Part shown: one piece after another, positions 44,031 through 54,257 of the stretch | Position numbering within the stretch: position 1 is the first letter of the stretch | Layout: every line of letters starts with the position of its first letter | NCBI GenBank assembly: GCA_049323895.1 | Contig: JBMOKT010000008.1 | Coordinates: 12,985 to 76,984, forward strand | Source of the DNA: Bacillota bacterium | Lineage (GTDB): Bacteria; Bacillota; Peptococcia; Peptococcales; BICA1-8 | Reading direction: 5' to 3' | DNA: 64,000 nt | The notes under the pieces: model-generated | What the model saw: only the letters and a program-made list of their open reading frames with translations | Databases searched by the model: none | Told to the model about the DNA's origin: nothing | Position numbers and translations under genes: made by a program

Positions 44031-45239
44031 TTATAAATTCACTAAGACAATATATGTAATTACTCCCGTAAAAAACATTACAGGCAGGGTTATTTTGTAT
44101 TCAGGGTAGAGTTCCTTAAGAGGGACACGGAAATATTCTACCGTAAGAGCTTGGCACATATGGATAGGTGAAATTAAATAGGCAGAATAAGCCGCAGTAT
44201 AAATCAACATAGCTAGTGCAACCCTGTGTTCTAACTCAATGAGGGGCAGCACTAAGGGATACATCATACTTACTACTACGGAAACGTTAGCAGCGATATA
44301 GGAAAGCAAAAGGGTTATTAATACCACAATAATTTCCAAAGGAATACCTAAGGTCAACAGTTTATCAATAAGGATGCTTAAGTCAGGAATACTTTTTATT
44401 ATTTCCTTAAAGACCATTACACCTGCAGCTGCATAAATAACGGGAAAATTTATGCCTTTAACAACTGTTTCTATTAAAGGTTTTTCTTCCTTACGAATGA
44501 AATATGTAAAAAGACATCCAACAAGTAATGCAATATAGAAAGGCATCCAGAAAACTAAAAAAAGGGAAATAAGAATGGGTGAAGTATAAAGCAGGGTTGA
44601 TAGCAGATATCTAAATCTTTGCTGGTGGTTTACCTTCTTATTTAATTGTTCTTCCTTCAAGGGTTTTATATATACTAAATAAGCTGCCAGGAAACTCATG
44701 AGGGCGATGGGTATCTGGATAACAATAAATTTACCAATCGGTATTTCCGATATAAAAGAAGCATTTATTAAATGGACTGCTATGGGTAAAACAAAATACC
44801 AGGCATGACGAATATAAATATTAACTGCTGCCTTACGGGCATTAGAGAGTCCGACCCGGTCCCCTAGAGTGTCTAAAATTGGAGCAGCCACTATAGCACT
44901 GCCGGTAGCATTAAAGGTTGAAAGCAAAGAAGGAATAAAAAATACCAGCGCCTTGGTACTGTTAAACAGTTGCTCCAAGGATTCTACCATCCTGTCCAGT
45001 ATCCCATAGGACTGCATCATGGTGCTCAAAAATCCAATAAATACTACCGCCAAAACAAGTTCTATAGTATTACTTTCCATTAAACCTCGGAGGATTATCA
45101 TACTAATTTCCTTAACACCCAGACCTGCAAATAAGGCTAGTACCACACCTCCCGAAATGACGGAAATTCCAATTGGGATTTTACGGTTTACCAGGATAAT
45201 TATTAATGAGAAGGATATAAATAAACCAAATACCAACAA
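44031..45239 (-). CDS. Polytopic membrane protein (DUF401-like)
   Basis: 402 aa, about 10-12 TM segments. The family call is from memory and not verified. Confidence 0.5.
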   Translation of the reverse strand: MLVFGLFISFSLIIILVNRKIPIGISVISGGVVLALFAGLGVKEISMIILRGLMESNTIELVLAVVFIGFLSTMMQSYGILDRMVESLEQLFNSTKALVFFIPSLLSTFNATGSAIVAAPILDTLGDRVGLSNARKAAVNIYIRHAWYFVLPIAVHLINASFISEIPIGKFIVIQIPIALMSFLAAYLVYIKPLKEEQLNKKVNHQQRFRYLLSTLLYTSPILISLFLVFWMPFYIALLVGCLFTYFIRKEEKPLIETVVKGINFPVIYAAAGVMVFKEIIKSIPDLSILIDKLLTLGIPLEIIVVLITLLLSYIAANVSVVVSMMYPLVLPLIELEHRVALAMLIYTAAYSAYLISPIHMCQALTVEYFRVPLKELYPEYKITLPVMFFTGVITYIVLVNL

Positions 45240-45380
45240 GACGAAACACCTTCTTAAAATGACTCAATAGACTAGATATTCTAATCAAACTCGGTAACTC
45301 CTTCTTTAGTCTATAAATTGAAACCACGGGGTCCTGCGGATAAACGCGGATATAGCTGGTTTATGAAATACAACAGTATT

Positions 45381-45408
45381 TAAAAGGGCGGACACACATG
45401 TCCGCCCC
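45381..45408 (-). terminator. Intrinsic terminator after copZ
   Basis: Minus sense: GGGCGGACatgtgtGTCCGCCC followed by ttttaaa. Confidence 0.7.
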
Positions 45409-45421
45409 TACAAGATATTTG

Positions 45422-45462
45422 CTTTTTCTGTAGTACTGTAGTTACTGTAGCACTGTAGTCAC
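45422..45462. repeat. Family-A nonamer array CTTTTTCTGTAGta CTGTAGtta CTGTAGca CTGTAGtca
   Basis: Direct reading; it ends 16 nt from the copZ stop. Confidence 0.9.
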
Positions 45463-45478
45463 TTACCACAAAGAATTA

Positions 45479-45715
45479 CTATAAAACCGTATAGCCCGCT
45501 TCCTCAATAGCCGCCTTTATAGCATCTACTGTTACCAAATCTGGATTATACTCAAATCTTACCTCTTTTTCTTCTAAACTTACCACGGCATTTGTTACAC
45601 CATTCAGCTCATCGACAGCCTTCTCTACTGAACCTTTGCAATGACCGCAGGTCATTCCTTCCACCTTTAAAACACCGGTATGAACATGGGATCCGCAGTT
45701 GCAGCACTCACACAT
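45479..45715 (-). CDS. copZ: Copper chaperone CopZ-like HMA-domain protein with a Cys-rich N-terminal extension
   Basis: 78 aa. GMTCGHC metal-binding loop and ferredoxin-like HMA pattern. The N-terminus is MCECCNCGSHVH. Confidence 0.85.
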   Translation of the reverse strand: MCECCNCGSHVHTGVLKVEGMTCGHCKGSVEKAVDELNGVTNAVVSLEEKEVRFEYNPDLVTVDAIKAAIEEAGYTVL

Positions 45716-45749
45716 AAGCCTCCAACCTCCTGTTTTATAATATAATTTA

Positions 45750-45778
45750 ATTTTAAACTACCCTGGGGTATAGGTCAA
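45750..45778 (-). promoter_or_regulatory. copZ promoter (-35 TTGACC, 17-nt spacer, -10 TAAAAT) with a CsoR-type operator TACCCcaGGGTA in the spacer
   Basis: Minus sense: TTGACCtaTACCCCAGGGTAgttTAAAAT. The inverted repeat TACCC/GGGTA (45759-45770) resembles the B. subtilis copZA CsoR operator. Confidence 0.6.
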
Positions 45779-45838
45779 CTTATATAAATAGTATAAAATA
45801 TATAAAAGCAATTCACGGACATAATCAGTAGAAATGGA

Positions 45839-46540
45839 GTGAAAAAGATGCTAGTAATTGGTCATCGTGGAGCAGGTGCATATTCACCCCATAATTCCAG
45901 GCAGTCTTTTGCACAGGCAATTGCCATGGGTGCTCAAATGATTGAGACAGACCTCAGGGTAACCCTGGATAATATTCCTGTAATCCATCATGACCCAGAC
46001 ACCTTGTGGGGACCAATTGACCAATTAAAATGGGATGAGCTTAGGAAATACCCTCTGGAAAATGGTGAACATCTCCTTTCTCTGGAGGAAATGCTCCAGC
46101 TCTTTGGTCAAAAAGTTAGATTTAATCTGGAAATAAAACCAATCAGTGTTGCCGGCATTGACCCAATATTTTTCATTATAAATAGATATGCATTGCCTCA
46201 ACCATTGATTTCCTCCTTTGCTCACAATATTATTAAATATTTACCCCGTTTAGAAAACTATGAAACTGCCCTGCTCGTTGAAGAAAGCCTTCCCATAGAA
46301 AATCTGCTGGCAACCCTTGAACAACTAAAAGTTTCCTGTCTTAATCTTTACTATCCGCTGCTAGATAAAGACTTAGCAGCTACAATTCATCATAATAATT
46401 ACAAAGTAATAGTGTGGTCTGACTTCTTTTCGGAAATATGGAATCCTGTTGAAATGTACCGAAAAGCACATGGTCTGAAATGTGAAGGCTATATAACAGG
46501 TAAACCCAATCTTTTAACCAACTTTCTAAAGTTTAGCTAG
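45839..46540 (+). CDS. Glycerophosphodiester phosphodiesterase family protein
   Basis: 233 aa. VIGHRGAGAYSPHNS...ETDLRVT...PVIHHD are GDPD motifs. The start could be the GTG at 45839 or the ATG at 45848. Confidence 0.8.
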   Translation: MKKMLVIGHRGAGAYSPHNSRQSFAQAIAMGAQMIETDLRVTLDNIPVIHHDPDTLWGPIDQLKWDELRKYPLENGEHLLSLEEMLQLFGQKVRFNLEIKPISVAGIDPIFFIINRYALPQPLISSFAHNIIKYLPRLENYETALLVEESLPIENLLATLEQLKVSCLNLYYPLLDKDLAATIHHNNYKVIVWSDFFSEIWNPVEMYRKAHGLKCEGYITGKPNLLTNFLKFS

Positions 46541-46587
46541 TCCAGGTTTTGGGTATATTATTTACGGTCTTAAGGAGGTCGTAAATC

Positions 46588-48066
46588 TTGAAGATTTTGC
46601 AATTAAGCACTCTTTTACCTGTAAGTCCGGCTTTAGAAATAGTGACCTTTATTTTTACATTAACTATTATATTTATTGGAATTGTTATATTTTTTGAAAA
46701 TGATGACCCCTCCAAAACTTTGGCCTGGCTGCTGGTCCTGGTGTTTTTCCCTGTGTTAGGATTTTTGTTGTATATATTTTTGGGACGTAAATTCCGCAAA
46801 ATAAAAAGATATAAGAAAAAGGGGATTGAAAACCTGGCTGAGCTCTCTAAAATTATTACTAATGAATCCAGGCTTATCACTAAAGGGCAGGGATTTATTG
46901 ATAAATACATCCCCCATAAAAAAAAGCTGATAAATCTTATTACTACTTCTGCCAGTGCCCCCTTTACCATCAACAACAAAACTACCATCTTTAACAACGG
47001 AACCGACACCTTTCAAAGCTTTTTAGAGGAGATTGAAAAAGCGCAGCACCATATCCATTTGGAGTTCTACATATTTAGGGACGATAAAATTGGAACCGAA
47101 ATAAAAGACCTGTTAATAAGTAAAGCTCGCCAGGGGGTTAAGGTGCGATTTATTTATGATGGTTATGGAAGCATTCAATTAAGCAAAAGTTTTATTGAGG
47201 AAATGAAAAAAAACGGTATCCGAACAGTCTGTTTTGCCCCCGTGATCCTGCCCATTATTAACAACAGGATTAATTACCGCAATCATAGGAAGATATTAGT
47301 GGTGGACGGATCGGTGGGTTTTGTGGGAGGGATTAATGTCGGTGATGAATACCTGGGAAAAAGTGAGGATTTTTTTTATTGGCGTGATACCCATCTGCGT
47401 ATAGAAGGCGATGCAGTCAAATTTTTGCAGCATATCTTCATCCAGGATTGGTATTTTGCTGCCAAAGAACGAATTAACGCAAAACAATATTATCCTGATT
47501 CCAGGGAAAACATAGGCGAAGAATTGGTTCAAATTGCTGCAAGCGGTCCAGATTCACCCTGGGAATCAATTATGCAAATGTATTTTTCCATGATTTCCAC
47601 GGCGGATGAGTCCATCTACTTGACTACTCCCTATTTTATTCCCAACGGAAGTATATTAATGGCTTTAAAAAATGCTGCCTTAAGCGGTCTGGACGTACGG
47701 ATTCTCATTCCCGGTAAGCCTGACAGCAGATTTGTCTTATGGGCGTCAATGTCTTACATTAATGAATTATTAGAAGCCGGTGTACGGGTTTATCAATATC
47801 AAAAAGGATTTATTCACTCTAAAACCTTAATAGTTGATAGTCTTGTTTCATCAGTGGGGACTGCTAATATGGATTTGCGAAGCTTTAAACTTAATTTTGA
47901 AGTAAATGCATTTATTTATAATGAAGAATCAGCAAAACAGCTGGTATCAGACTTTTTCAATGATCTTAAAGACAGTAAAGAAATAGACTACTACATGTAT
48001 CAGCAGAGATCCTTAGGCTTTAGATTCCTGGAATCTACCGCCCGTTTATTTTCACCACTGCTATAA
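46588..48066 (+). CDS. cls: Cardiolipin synthase
   Basis: 492 aa. Two N-terminal TM segments and two HKD motifs (NHRKILVVDG; IHSKTLIVDS). TTG start after AGGAGG. Confidence 0.9.
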   Translation: MKILQLSTLLPVSPALEIVTFIFTLTIIFIGIVIFFENDDPSKTLAWLLVLVFFPVLGFLLYIFLGRKFRKIKRYKKKGIENLAELSKIITNESRLITKGQGFIDKYIPHKKKLINLITTSASAPFTINNKTTIFNNGTDTFQSFLEEIEKAQHHIHLEFYIFRDDKIGTEIKDLLISKARQGVKVRFIYDGYGSIQLSKSFIEEMKKNGIRTVCFAPVILPIINNRINYRNHRKILVVDGSVGFVGGINVGDEYLGKSEDFFYWRDTHLRIEGDAVKFLQHIFIQDWYFAAKERINAKQYYPDSRENIGEELVQIAASGPDSPWESIMQMYFSMISTADESIYLTTPYFIPNGSILMALKNAALSGLDVRILIPGKPDSRFVLWASMSYINELLEAGVRVYQYQKGFIHSKTLIVDSLVSSVGTANMDLRSFKLNFEVNAFIYNEESAKQLVSDFFNDLKDSKEIDYYMYQQRSLGFRFLESTARLFSPLL

Positions 48067-48201
48067 TTATGGAGAATTGAGAATTGAGAATAAATAACCG
48101 GAGTTCTATTGAAAAAATCAAAAAGAGGATTTTACATATTAATATCGAAGTAATTATTATTCAATTTCTAACATCTAACTTCTAAAAAGGAGGTCATAAC
48201 A

Positions 48202-48357
48202 ATGGGGATTAATGTTATTGCGTGGTTAACCCTGATTGTATTCAGTGGTATTCTTTTTTATCAAATGTTCGGGCTGGATGACGCATTTGACCCGATGCTG
48301 GCAGAACATGTTGATTTCGATATGAAAAAACCTGAAAACGGAGATCATCATCACTAA
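48202..48357 (+). CDS. Untracked small membrane protein (51 aa): MGINVIAWLTLIVFSGILFYQMFGLDDAFDPMLAEHVDFDMKKPENGDHHH
   Basis: My own translation. AGGAGG 8 nt upstream. One TM helix plus an acidic, His-ended tail. Followed by a hairpin-TAGTGGC module. Confidence 0.55.
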   Translation: MGINVIAWLTLIVFSGILFYQMFGLDDAFDPMLAEHVDFDMKKPENGDHHH

Positions 48358-48449
48358 AAAACGTCTGCGGCGTTTAGTGGCAAGTAAAACACATAAAAAC
48401 CTTTCTACTATAACAAAATCCCAAAGAACTTAATGGGGCTTTCCGCCAA

Positions 48450-50675
48450 TTAAGATACCATGGGATTTTTATATTTATCATTTATCGGGAATACCAATGT
48501 AAAAGTAGTACCATGTTCTTTACTGCTTTCTATTTCAATTCGCCCACTATGACTTTGAATTATTTGATAGGAGATACTCATCCCTAATCCAGTACCTTTC
48601 TCCTTAGTAGTATAGAAAGGTGTGGCTAACTTCATCTTTTCTTCTTCAGACATAATTTTTCCATTGTTATAAATTGAGAGATAGCATTCGGAGGTAATAT
48701 TATCAAATCCAGTTTGAATAATAAGCTTGGGTTTAGGGGTTTCCTCCATAGCATCAATAGCATTCTTTATAATATTCAAAATCACCTGTTTAATCTGGTT
48801 TTCATCAAGCATTATTTTTTCATTAGTATTAGCTAAATTATATTCTACCTTTATTCCCTTTTTAAAGGTATTGGTTTCAATCAAAAGTCTCATTGAGTCA
48901 ATAATATCAACAAGTGATGACTCTTCCAATTTGGGAGGTCTAGGTTTAGCAAAATTTAAGAAATCACTAACAATTTTGTCTAAGCCCTTACTTTCTCTTT
49001 CTATTGCTTGGGCATATTCTTTTATTGCTTCATCATTGGATTTAAAATTAATTAGCTGGCTATAACCTAGAATTGCTGTCAAAGGGTTTTTTACCTCATG
49101 GACAATTCCTGCTGCCATTTGTCCCAATAAGGCTAGCTTTTCTTGCTGTTGTATTATTTCTTGGTCCTGCTTCATTTTTGTTATATCAGATGCTATTGCA
49201 ATTGCTCCAATAATATCACTATCAATATCAAGTATGGGACCTGTATGTAATAGAAACTCTTTAACATGACCCGTAGGAGTAATAATTCTCGCTTGGATAT
49301 TTTCCTTTACTATTTGCCCGGATAATACTTTGTTAGCAAGTCCCCTTTCACTAATTTTAATTAAATCAGCAATTTCATCTATATTCTTACCAACAATATC
49401 CTTAGAATTAAGTTCTGAAGCTTCTTCGAATTCTTTATTGCAAATAATAACCTTTTTTGATTTATCGAAGACTAATACGGCATTATTAACAGCATCTAAT
49501 ATTGTCCGTGTTTGTAGTTGCATATTCTCTATTGCCTGAATTTTCTTAGCTTCATCAAATAGATATAAAAATTTACCACTATTAAGTTTGTATGCATCTA
49601 TAACCAATTTAATCTTTTCTCCAGATGCTTTTGTAAAAATCCGCAGTTGATTCTGTAATATCTGAGGATGTCCATCTTTAAAGCATCTAATCAAAGGAGT
49701 TAAAGAGCCTTCACTTGCAAAGATTTTTTTTGTAATTTCTGTATCTTTTAAACCAGCAAAATCCTTAAAATTATAACCTAATAGTTCTTCTGCTTTTCTA
49801 TTGGCAAAGGTTAATTTATAATCACTATCATATGTTGTAATGGCTAATGGCATTTCATTTAAAATTTCATTTGTATATTTAATGTTTTCCTCCAACTTTT
49901 TGTAGGGAAAGGTTATAACACTAACGATAATTCCTCGAAATAGAAAATAGTAATAAGTAACTCTTAATAAATGCGCTAATATCTGGAAGTAGGCTGAATA
50001 TACATTATTTAAGATTAAGCATATATTTGAAATAGCAGCTACTATAAATGCTAAATATATCCAATAATATATTATTAGTTCTTTAGTAAGTATCTTATCT
50101 CTTAACCTGTATAAGCCTATTAAGAATAATCCTATTAAAAACAATTCGAATAGATTGTAGGCACTACCTATTCCATTTTCATTTAATAAAATATTTTGGG
50201 AAATACGCAATACTTGCAGCGAATAAAAAACACATACTATAATAAGTGAAGAACAGAACAAGCCAAACCATTTGTTCAATCGAAATTTTAATGTTCGCGT
50301 GGATATTATGAACAAAACCATTCCTTCGACTAACCTTAGAACTATGGAATATTCTAACGAAAAATCTTCAAAACCCACAAAGCCATAAAATATGTGGAAT
50401 ATTTCTAAAATTGCAACAATAAAGAAGCCAAATCCTAGTAATTTAACTGCTGGTTTATTATTTTCATAGGTATACCATACAATTAGAAATATTATAAAGG
50501 ATACTAGAAAGGATAAGAATTCAAAAATCTCGTAAAGAAATATTGAATAATTGTGCCAAAAAGGAGAATGCAAAATTAATTTAGCAACAATTATATTTAT
50601 AATTAGAGCTATAACTGCATAAAGATTGATTAACTTTAATTCTTTTTTAATGCCTATTTGCTCCAAATGGCACAC
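48450..50675 (-). CDS. Orphan sensor histidine kinase: large polytopic N-domain, PAS repeats, HisKA and HATPase
   Basis: 741 aa. About 8 TM segments in the first 260 aa. HEVKNPLTAI H-box, and GTGLGMSISYQIIQSHSGRIE G-box. No response regulator adjacent. Confidence 0.85.
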   Translation of the reverse strand: MCHLEQIGIKKELKLINLYAVIALIINIIVAKLILHSPFWHNYSIFLYEIFEFLSFLVSFIIFLIVWYTYENNKPAVKLLGFGFFIVAILEIFHIFYGFVGFEDFSLEYSIVLRLVEGMVLFIISTRTLKFRLNKWFGLFCSSLIIVCVFYSLQVLRISQNILLNENGIGSAYNLFELFLIGLFLIGLYRLRDKILTKELIIYYWIYLAFIVAAISNICLILNNVYSAYFQILAHLLRVTYYYFLFRGIIVSVITFPYKKLEENIKYTNEILNEMPLAITTYDSDYKLTFANRKAEELLGYNFKDFAGLKDTEITKKIFASEGSLTPLIRCFKDGHPQILQNQLRIFTKASGEKIKLVIDAYKLNSGKFLYLFDEAKKIQAIENMQLQTRTILDAVNNAVLVFDKSKKVIICNKEFEEASELNSKDIVGKNIDEIADLIKISERGLANKVLSGQIVKENIQARIITPTGHVKEFLLHTGPILDIDSDIIGAIAIASDITKMKQDQEIIQQQEKLALLGQMAAGIVHEVKNPLTAILGYSQLINFKSNDEAIKEYAQAIERESKGLDKIVSDFLNFAKPRPPKLEESSLVDIIDSMRLLIETNTFKKGIKVEYNLANTNEKIMLDENQIKQVILNIIKNAIDAMEETPKPKLIIQTGFDNITSECYLSIYNNGKIMSEEEKMKLATPFYTTKEKGTGLGMSISYQIIQSHSGRIEIESSKEHGTTFTLVFPINDKYKNPMVS

Positions 50676-50814
50676 CTCTTAAAAACATAGTAATTGAAAT
50701 ATTTTATCATAATATGGTAATGGAAGTATTTTATCATAATAGGTATTGAATATCTTGTCGAAATTAGTAATTATGTAAAGAAGAAATTGTTTATCATATA
50801 AAAATGTTGCCGTA

Positions 50815-50875
50815 TTGCGCAACATTTACAAAGTGTAAAGCACCCCCAGAGGTATTCCTCTGGGGGTGGTGTCTT
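50815..50875 (+). repeat. Family-B two-hairpin repeat, copy 3
   Basis: ttgcgcaacatttacaaagtgtaaagcaCCCCCAGAGgtattCCTCTGGGGGtggtgtcttg. Confidence 0.75.
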
Positions 50876-51068
50876 GATGGACTATTTCGTTGTACTACGA
50901 CATATGAAGTAAATCTTCTAAAGGTTTCCTAATTCCCTCTTATAAGCTAAAATTATGCCATAGAGTGATGCAGGGCTGTACTCCCCATCAATTTTAATGT
51001 GGTTATTAGTTTATCCTTTTATTGTTAATCTTATTTTAGATTAATGAAATTGAAAGAAATCTACCTTT

Positions 51069-51998
51069 TTATATAACCTTTAAGAAAATAATCATAATTG
51101 GAATTGTGATTATTGATAATAAATGGCTAATTAAAGCACATTTAGATGCAAAAACACTGTCACCACCATATTGTTGTGACAGAATTACAACAGTTGTTGC
51201 GGCAGGAAGGACTTCAACTGCAACACAAACATTAATAATAAGAGGATTAACATTAAAAATTCTTAAAAAAACAAAGGTCATAATAGGAACAATAATTAAT
51301 CTTACAAAAGAGCCGTAGTAAACATCCTTATCCGAGAATATATCTTTAAGCCTAACTTTTGCTATTTTCTCTCCTACGATCATCATAGCCAATGGTAGAG
51401 TAATACCTCCCAAAATGGTTAAAGTTTTATCTATTGTATATGGTAATTTAATAGAGAGTATAAAAATAATTAACCCGATAGCTACCCCCAAAATTGCCGG
51501 ATTTTTGAGTTTTGTCAGAAATGGTTTTAGTTTTAATTGTTCTCCCGCTTCTTTTAAAAACATCCCTTGTCCATAAGTCCACATTAATACTTGATTAGGA
51601 ACTAAAAAAATTGAAGCATAAAAAACACCAGTTTGCCCATAGATAGCGAAAATAAATGGCAATCCCATAAAAGCCGCATTAGGGAATACAGCAAAGTAAT
51701 TAAGAACATTTCTCTTATTAAAAGCATAATTTTTAAAGGCTAATCTACTTAAAAGAATAACGATGGTATGTATGAATAATGAAAATATAATAACAATTCC
51801 GGCATTCTCTAACATATCTTTGGAAAATTTAAAAGTAAAGGAAGAAATAATTAAAGCCGGGAGTGCTATATTAATTAATATATCTGATAATCCCTTGCTT
51901 AGTTCATAGTTTATTATATCCTTCTTTTCTGCATAGAATCCTACTGCCATAAGCATAAATAAAATAACTACTTGATTAATTACTGTAAAATTATCCAT
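51069..51998 (-). CDS. AEC (auxin-efflux-carrier) family permease
   Basis: 309 aa, 10 TM segments in two halves, typical AEC/malate-permease-like pattern. Confidence 0.7.
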   Translation of the reverse strand: MDNFTVINQVVILFMLMAVGFYAEKKDIINYELSKGLSDILINIALPALIISSFTFKFSKDMLENAGIVIIFSLFIHTIVILLSRLAFKNYAFNKRNVLNYFAVFPNAAFMGLPFIFAIYGQTGVFYASIFLVPNQVLMWTYGQGMFLKEAGEQLKLKPFLTKLKNPAILGVAIGLIIFILSIKLPYTIDKTLTILGGITLPLAMMIVGEKIAKVRLKDIFSDKDVYYGSFVRLIIVPIMTFVFLRIFNVNPLIINVCVAVEVLPAATTVVILSQQYGGDSVFASKCALISHLLSIITIPIMIIFLKVI

Positions 51999-52209
51999 AT
52001 GTTTGCCTCACCTTGTAAATTTCAAAATATTTTGTATCACTCTAAAGCCTATCTAATACTATATCATCTCCAAGCATATTTATGAACAAATGGAACGCTA
52101 AAAGGTTTGCACAGATAATGGCTTTAATTTGCATGAAAACTCCCGTTCTCAACGTGCCAAATTAATTATTCTTAAATAATTTTACAATACATTTTGCTAT
52201 ATGCACTTT

Positions 52210-53067
52210 TCAACAAAACTTACCTCGTACTTCTCCAAAAGCAGCACCTCCTATAATCAGCACAGCCCCGACGATCTGTAGGAGGTTCAGGTTTTCCCCC
52301 AAAAGTGTTGCCGAGAAAAGCAGAGCCGAAAGCGGCTCCAAATATCCGCAGATTGCCACAGTTTGTACGGACAGACCCCCGATGGAAGAAAAATAAAAAT
52401 AACAGCCGATTCCGGTGTTTACAATACCTAATATTAGTATAGGCATCAGATTTCCCTGCATAATGTTGATTGAAAATCCTTGTTTCAAGCCTAAGAATAT
52501 CGCAACTGTTATAAAGCTCGCAATTAACTGCCACATAGAATTTTCAAGTCCTGTTATGCCCACAGCTTTTTTATTAAAAACCACCATAAAGGCATACATA
52601 ATTGCCGATAATATTCCGAAAATCAATCCCCACGAAGCACTTCCCTGTGACAAAGCTTGCAAGTTTACACAAAGCATTCCAATTATCACAGCAACAAATC
52701 CAAGTAGTTTGGCATTTGTCATCTTTTCCCTGAATATAAGCAGGGAAAGGGTCATGACAATTATAGGACCGCAATAATAAGCAAGTGTTGCAATGCTGAC
52801 GCCGATTTGTGCATATGCCTCATACAGGAACATCCAGCTTGTACCCATTGCCACCCCTGAAATTAACAAATAAAGAAGGTGTGATTTATTTTCCCAGAAC
52901 TGCACCTTCTGTTTAGAAAAAACAAATATCAGGATCAGAAACAAGCTTCCTATCAATGTTCTTGTAAATACAATCTCGTAGCTGCTTAATGAAATATGGC
53001 TTGCAACGATTCCGTTTGATCCGAACAAGAGCAGTGCAGCTATATATTTGAAATATGTTTTTGCCAT
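52210..53067 (-). CDS. EamA/DMT-family permease
   Basis: 285 aa, 10 TM segments. Divergent from a LysR regulator. Confidence 0.75.
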   Translation of the reverse strand: MAKTYFKYIAALLLFGSNGIVASHISLSSYEIVFTRTLIGSLFLILIFVFSKQKVQFWENKSHLLYLLISGVAMGTSWMFLYEAYAQIGVSIATLAYYCGPIIVMTLSLLIFREKMTNAKLLGFVAVIIGMLCVNLQALSQGSASWGLIFGILSAIMYAFMVVFNKKAVGITGLENSMWQLIASFITVAIFLGLKQGFSINIMQGNLMPILILGIVNTGIGCYFYFSSIGGLSVQTVAICGYLEPLSALLFSATLLGENLNLLQIVGAVLIIGGAAFGEVRGKFC

Positions 53068-53245
53068 TTTATCACCATTCAGTTAATTAATTTTGAATTT
53101 GAATCACAGTCAAAAAACATCTTTATGTGCCTTTCCTGCCAAACTTGAATTTTTAATAGTAATAATATATCATGTTCCCGTGCATTACAAAATCAAATGT
53201 TTTTCATGTTTTATATGATAAAATCGGATGCAAAGGAGAAGAAAA

Positions 53246-54115
53246 ATGAATATACAAAAATATTTGGCATTTGTTAAAGCAGTAGAATATGGTAGTTTTA
53301 CAAAAGCTGCCGAAGCATTGAACTATACACAGTCTGGCATCAGCCGAATGATTATCGATTTAGAGACAGAATGGGGTGTTTCCCTTCTTGAAAGAGGACG
53401 TGCCGGTGTCAGTTTAACCTCGGATGGTTTTAAGTTGCTACCTCAGTTAAAGCGAATCTGCAATGAGCATGAAATCTTAATGATGCAGATCGAAGACTTA
53501 CACGATATGCAGTCTGGGTTGATTCGCATTGGAACATTTTCTAGCGTGGCAACCCATTGGCTCCCTAATATGATTAAGATTTTTCAGAAAGGCTACCCAA
53601 AAATTGATTTTGAACTTCTGCTTGGTGATTATACAGAAATCGAAAGCTGGATTTTAGAAGGACGTGTTGATTTCGGTTTTTTGCGGCTACCGACAAAAGC
53701 AGAACTCGAAACTATCTTTTTAGAGCAAGACCGTTTGCTGGTAGTGATTCCGCAAGATCATCCGCTTACTAATTGCGATAAGTTTCCAATCAATGAATTA
53801 GTGAACAGTCCTTTTATGCTATTGGAAAAGGGTGCCAAAGCAGAAATCTCTGAAATTTTTGAGAAGCACCATATTTCACCGCAAATTCATTTTACAACAT
53901 GGGATGACTATGCCATTATGTCCATGGTGGAAAACGGGCTTGGAATCAGTATATTACCAGAACTGATTTTACAGCGTATTCCTTACCAAATTATAACAAA
54001 AGAGCTTGAAGATCCTGCTTTTAGATCTATCGGTATTGCTATGAGAGAGCAAAAATCACTTTCTCTTGCGTCCAAGCGATTTTTAGAATATTTACCATAT
54101 AGAAAGAGGGAGTGA
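53246..54115 (+). CDS. LysR-family transcriptional regulator
   Basis: Start moved to the ATG at 53246 (AAAGGAG upstream). wHTH FTKAAEALNYTQSGISRMI plus a LysR substrate-binding domain. Confidence 0.85.
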   Translation: MNIQKYLAFVKAVEYGSFTKAAEALNYTQSGISRMIIDLETEWGVSLLERGRAGVSLTSDGFKLLPQLKRICNEHEILMMQIEDLHDMQSGLIRIGTFSSVATHWLPNMIKIFQKGYPKIDFELLLGDYTEIESWILEGRVDFGFLRLPTKAELETIFLEQDRLLVVIPQDHPLTNCDKFPINELVNSPFMLLEKGAKAEISEIFEKHHISPQIHFTTWDDYAIMSMVENGLGISILPELILQRIPYQIITKELEDPAFRSIGIAMREQKSLSLASKRFLEYLPYRKRE

Positions 54116-54257
54116 AATAGTGAAAGCCCAAGTTTACTTATCCGTAAGCAAACTTAGGCTTCTTTAAGGCGTAACATAGTTGTACAGCGTAATAATGAAT
54201 ATTTATTTTCTTATTAATCAACAATATAATCATCATTAGTATAAAGCTGGTGAATGT

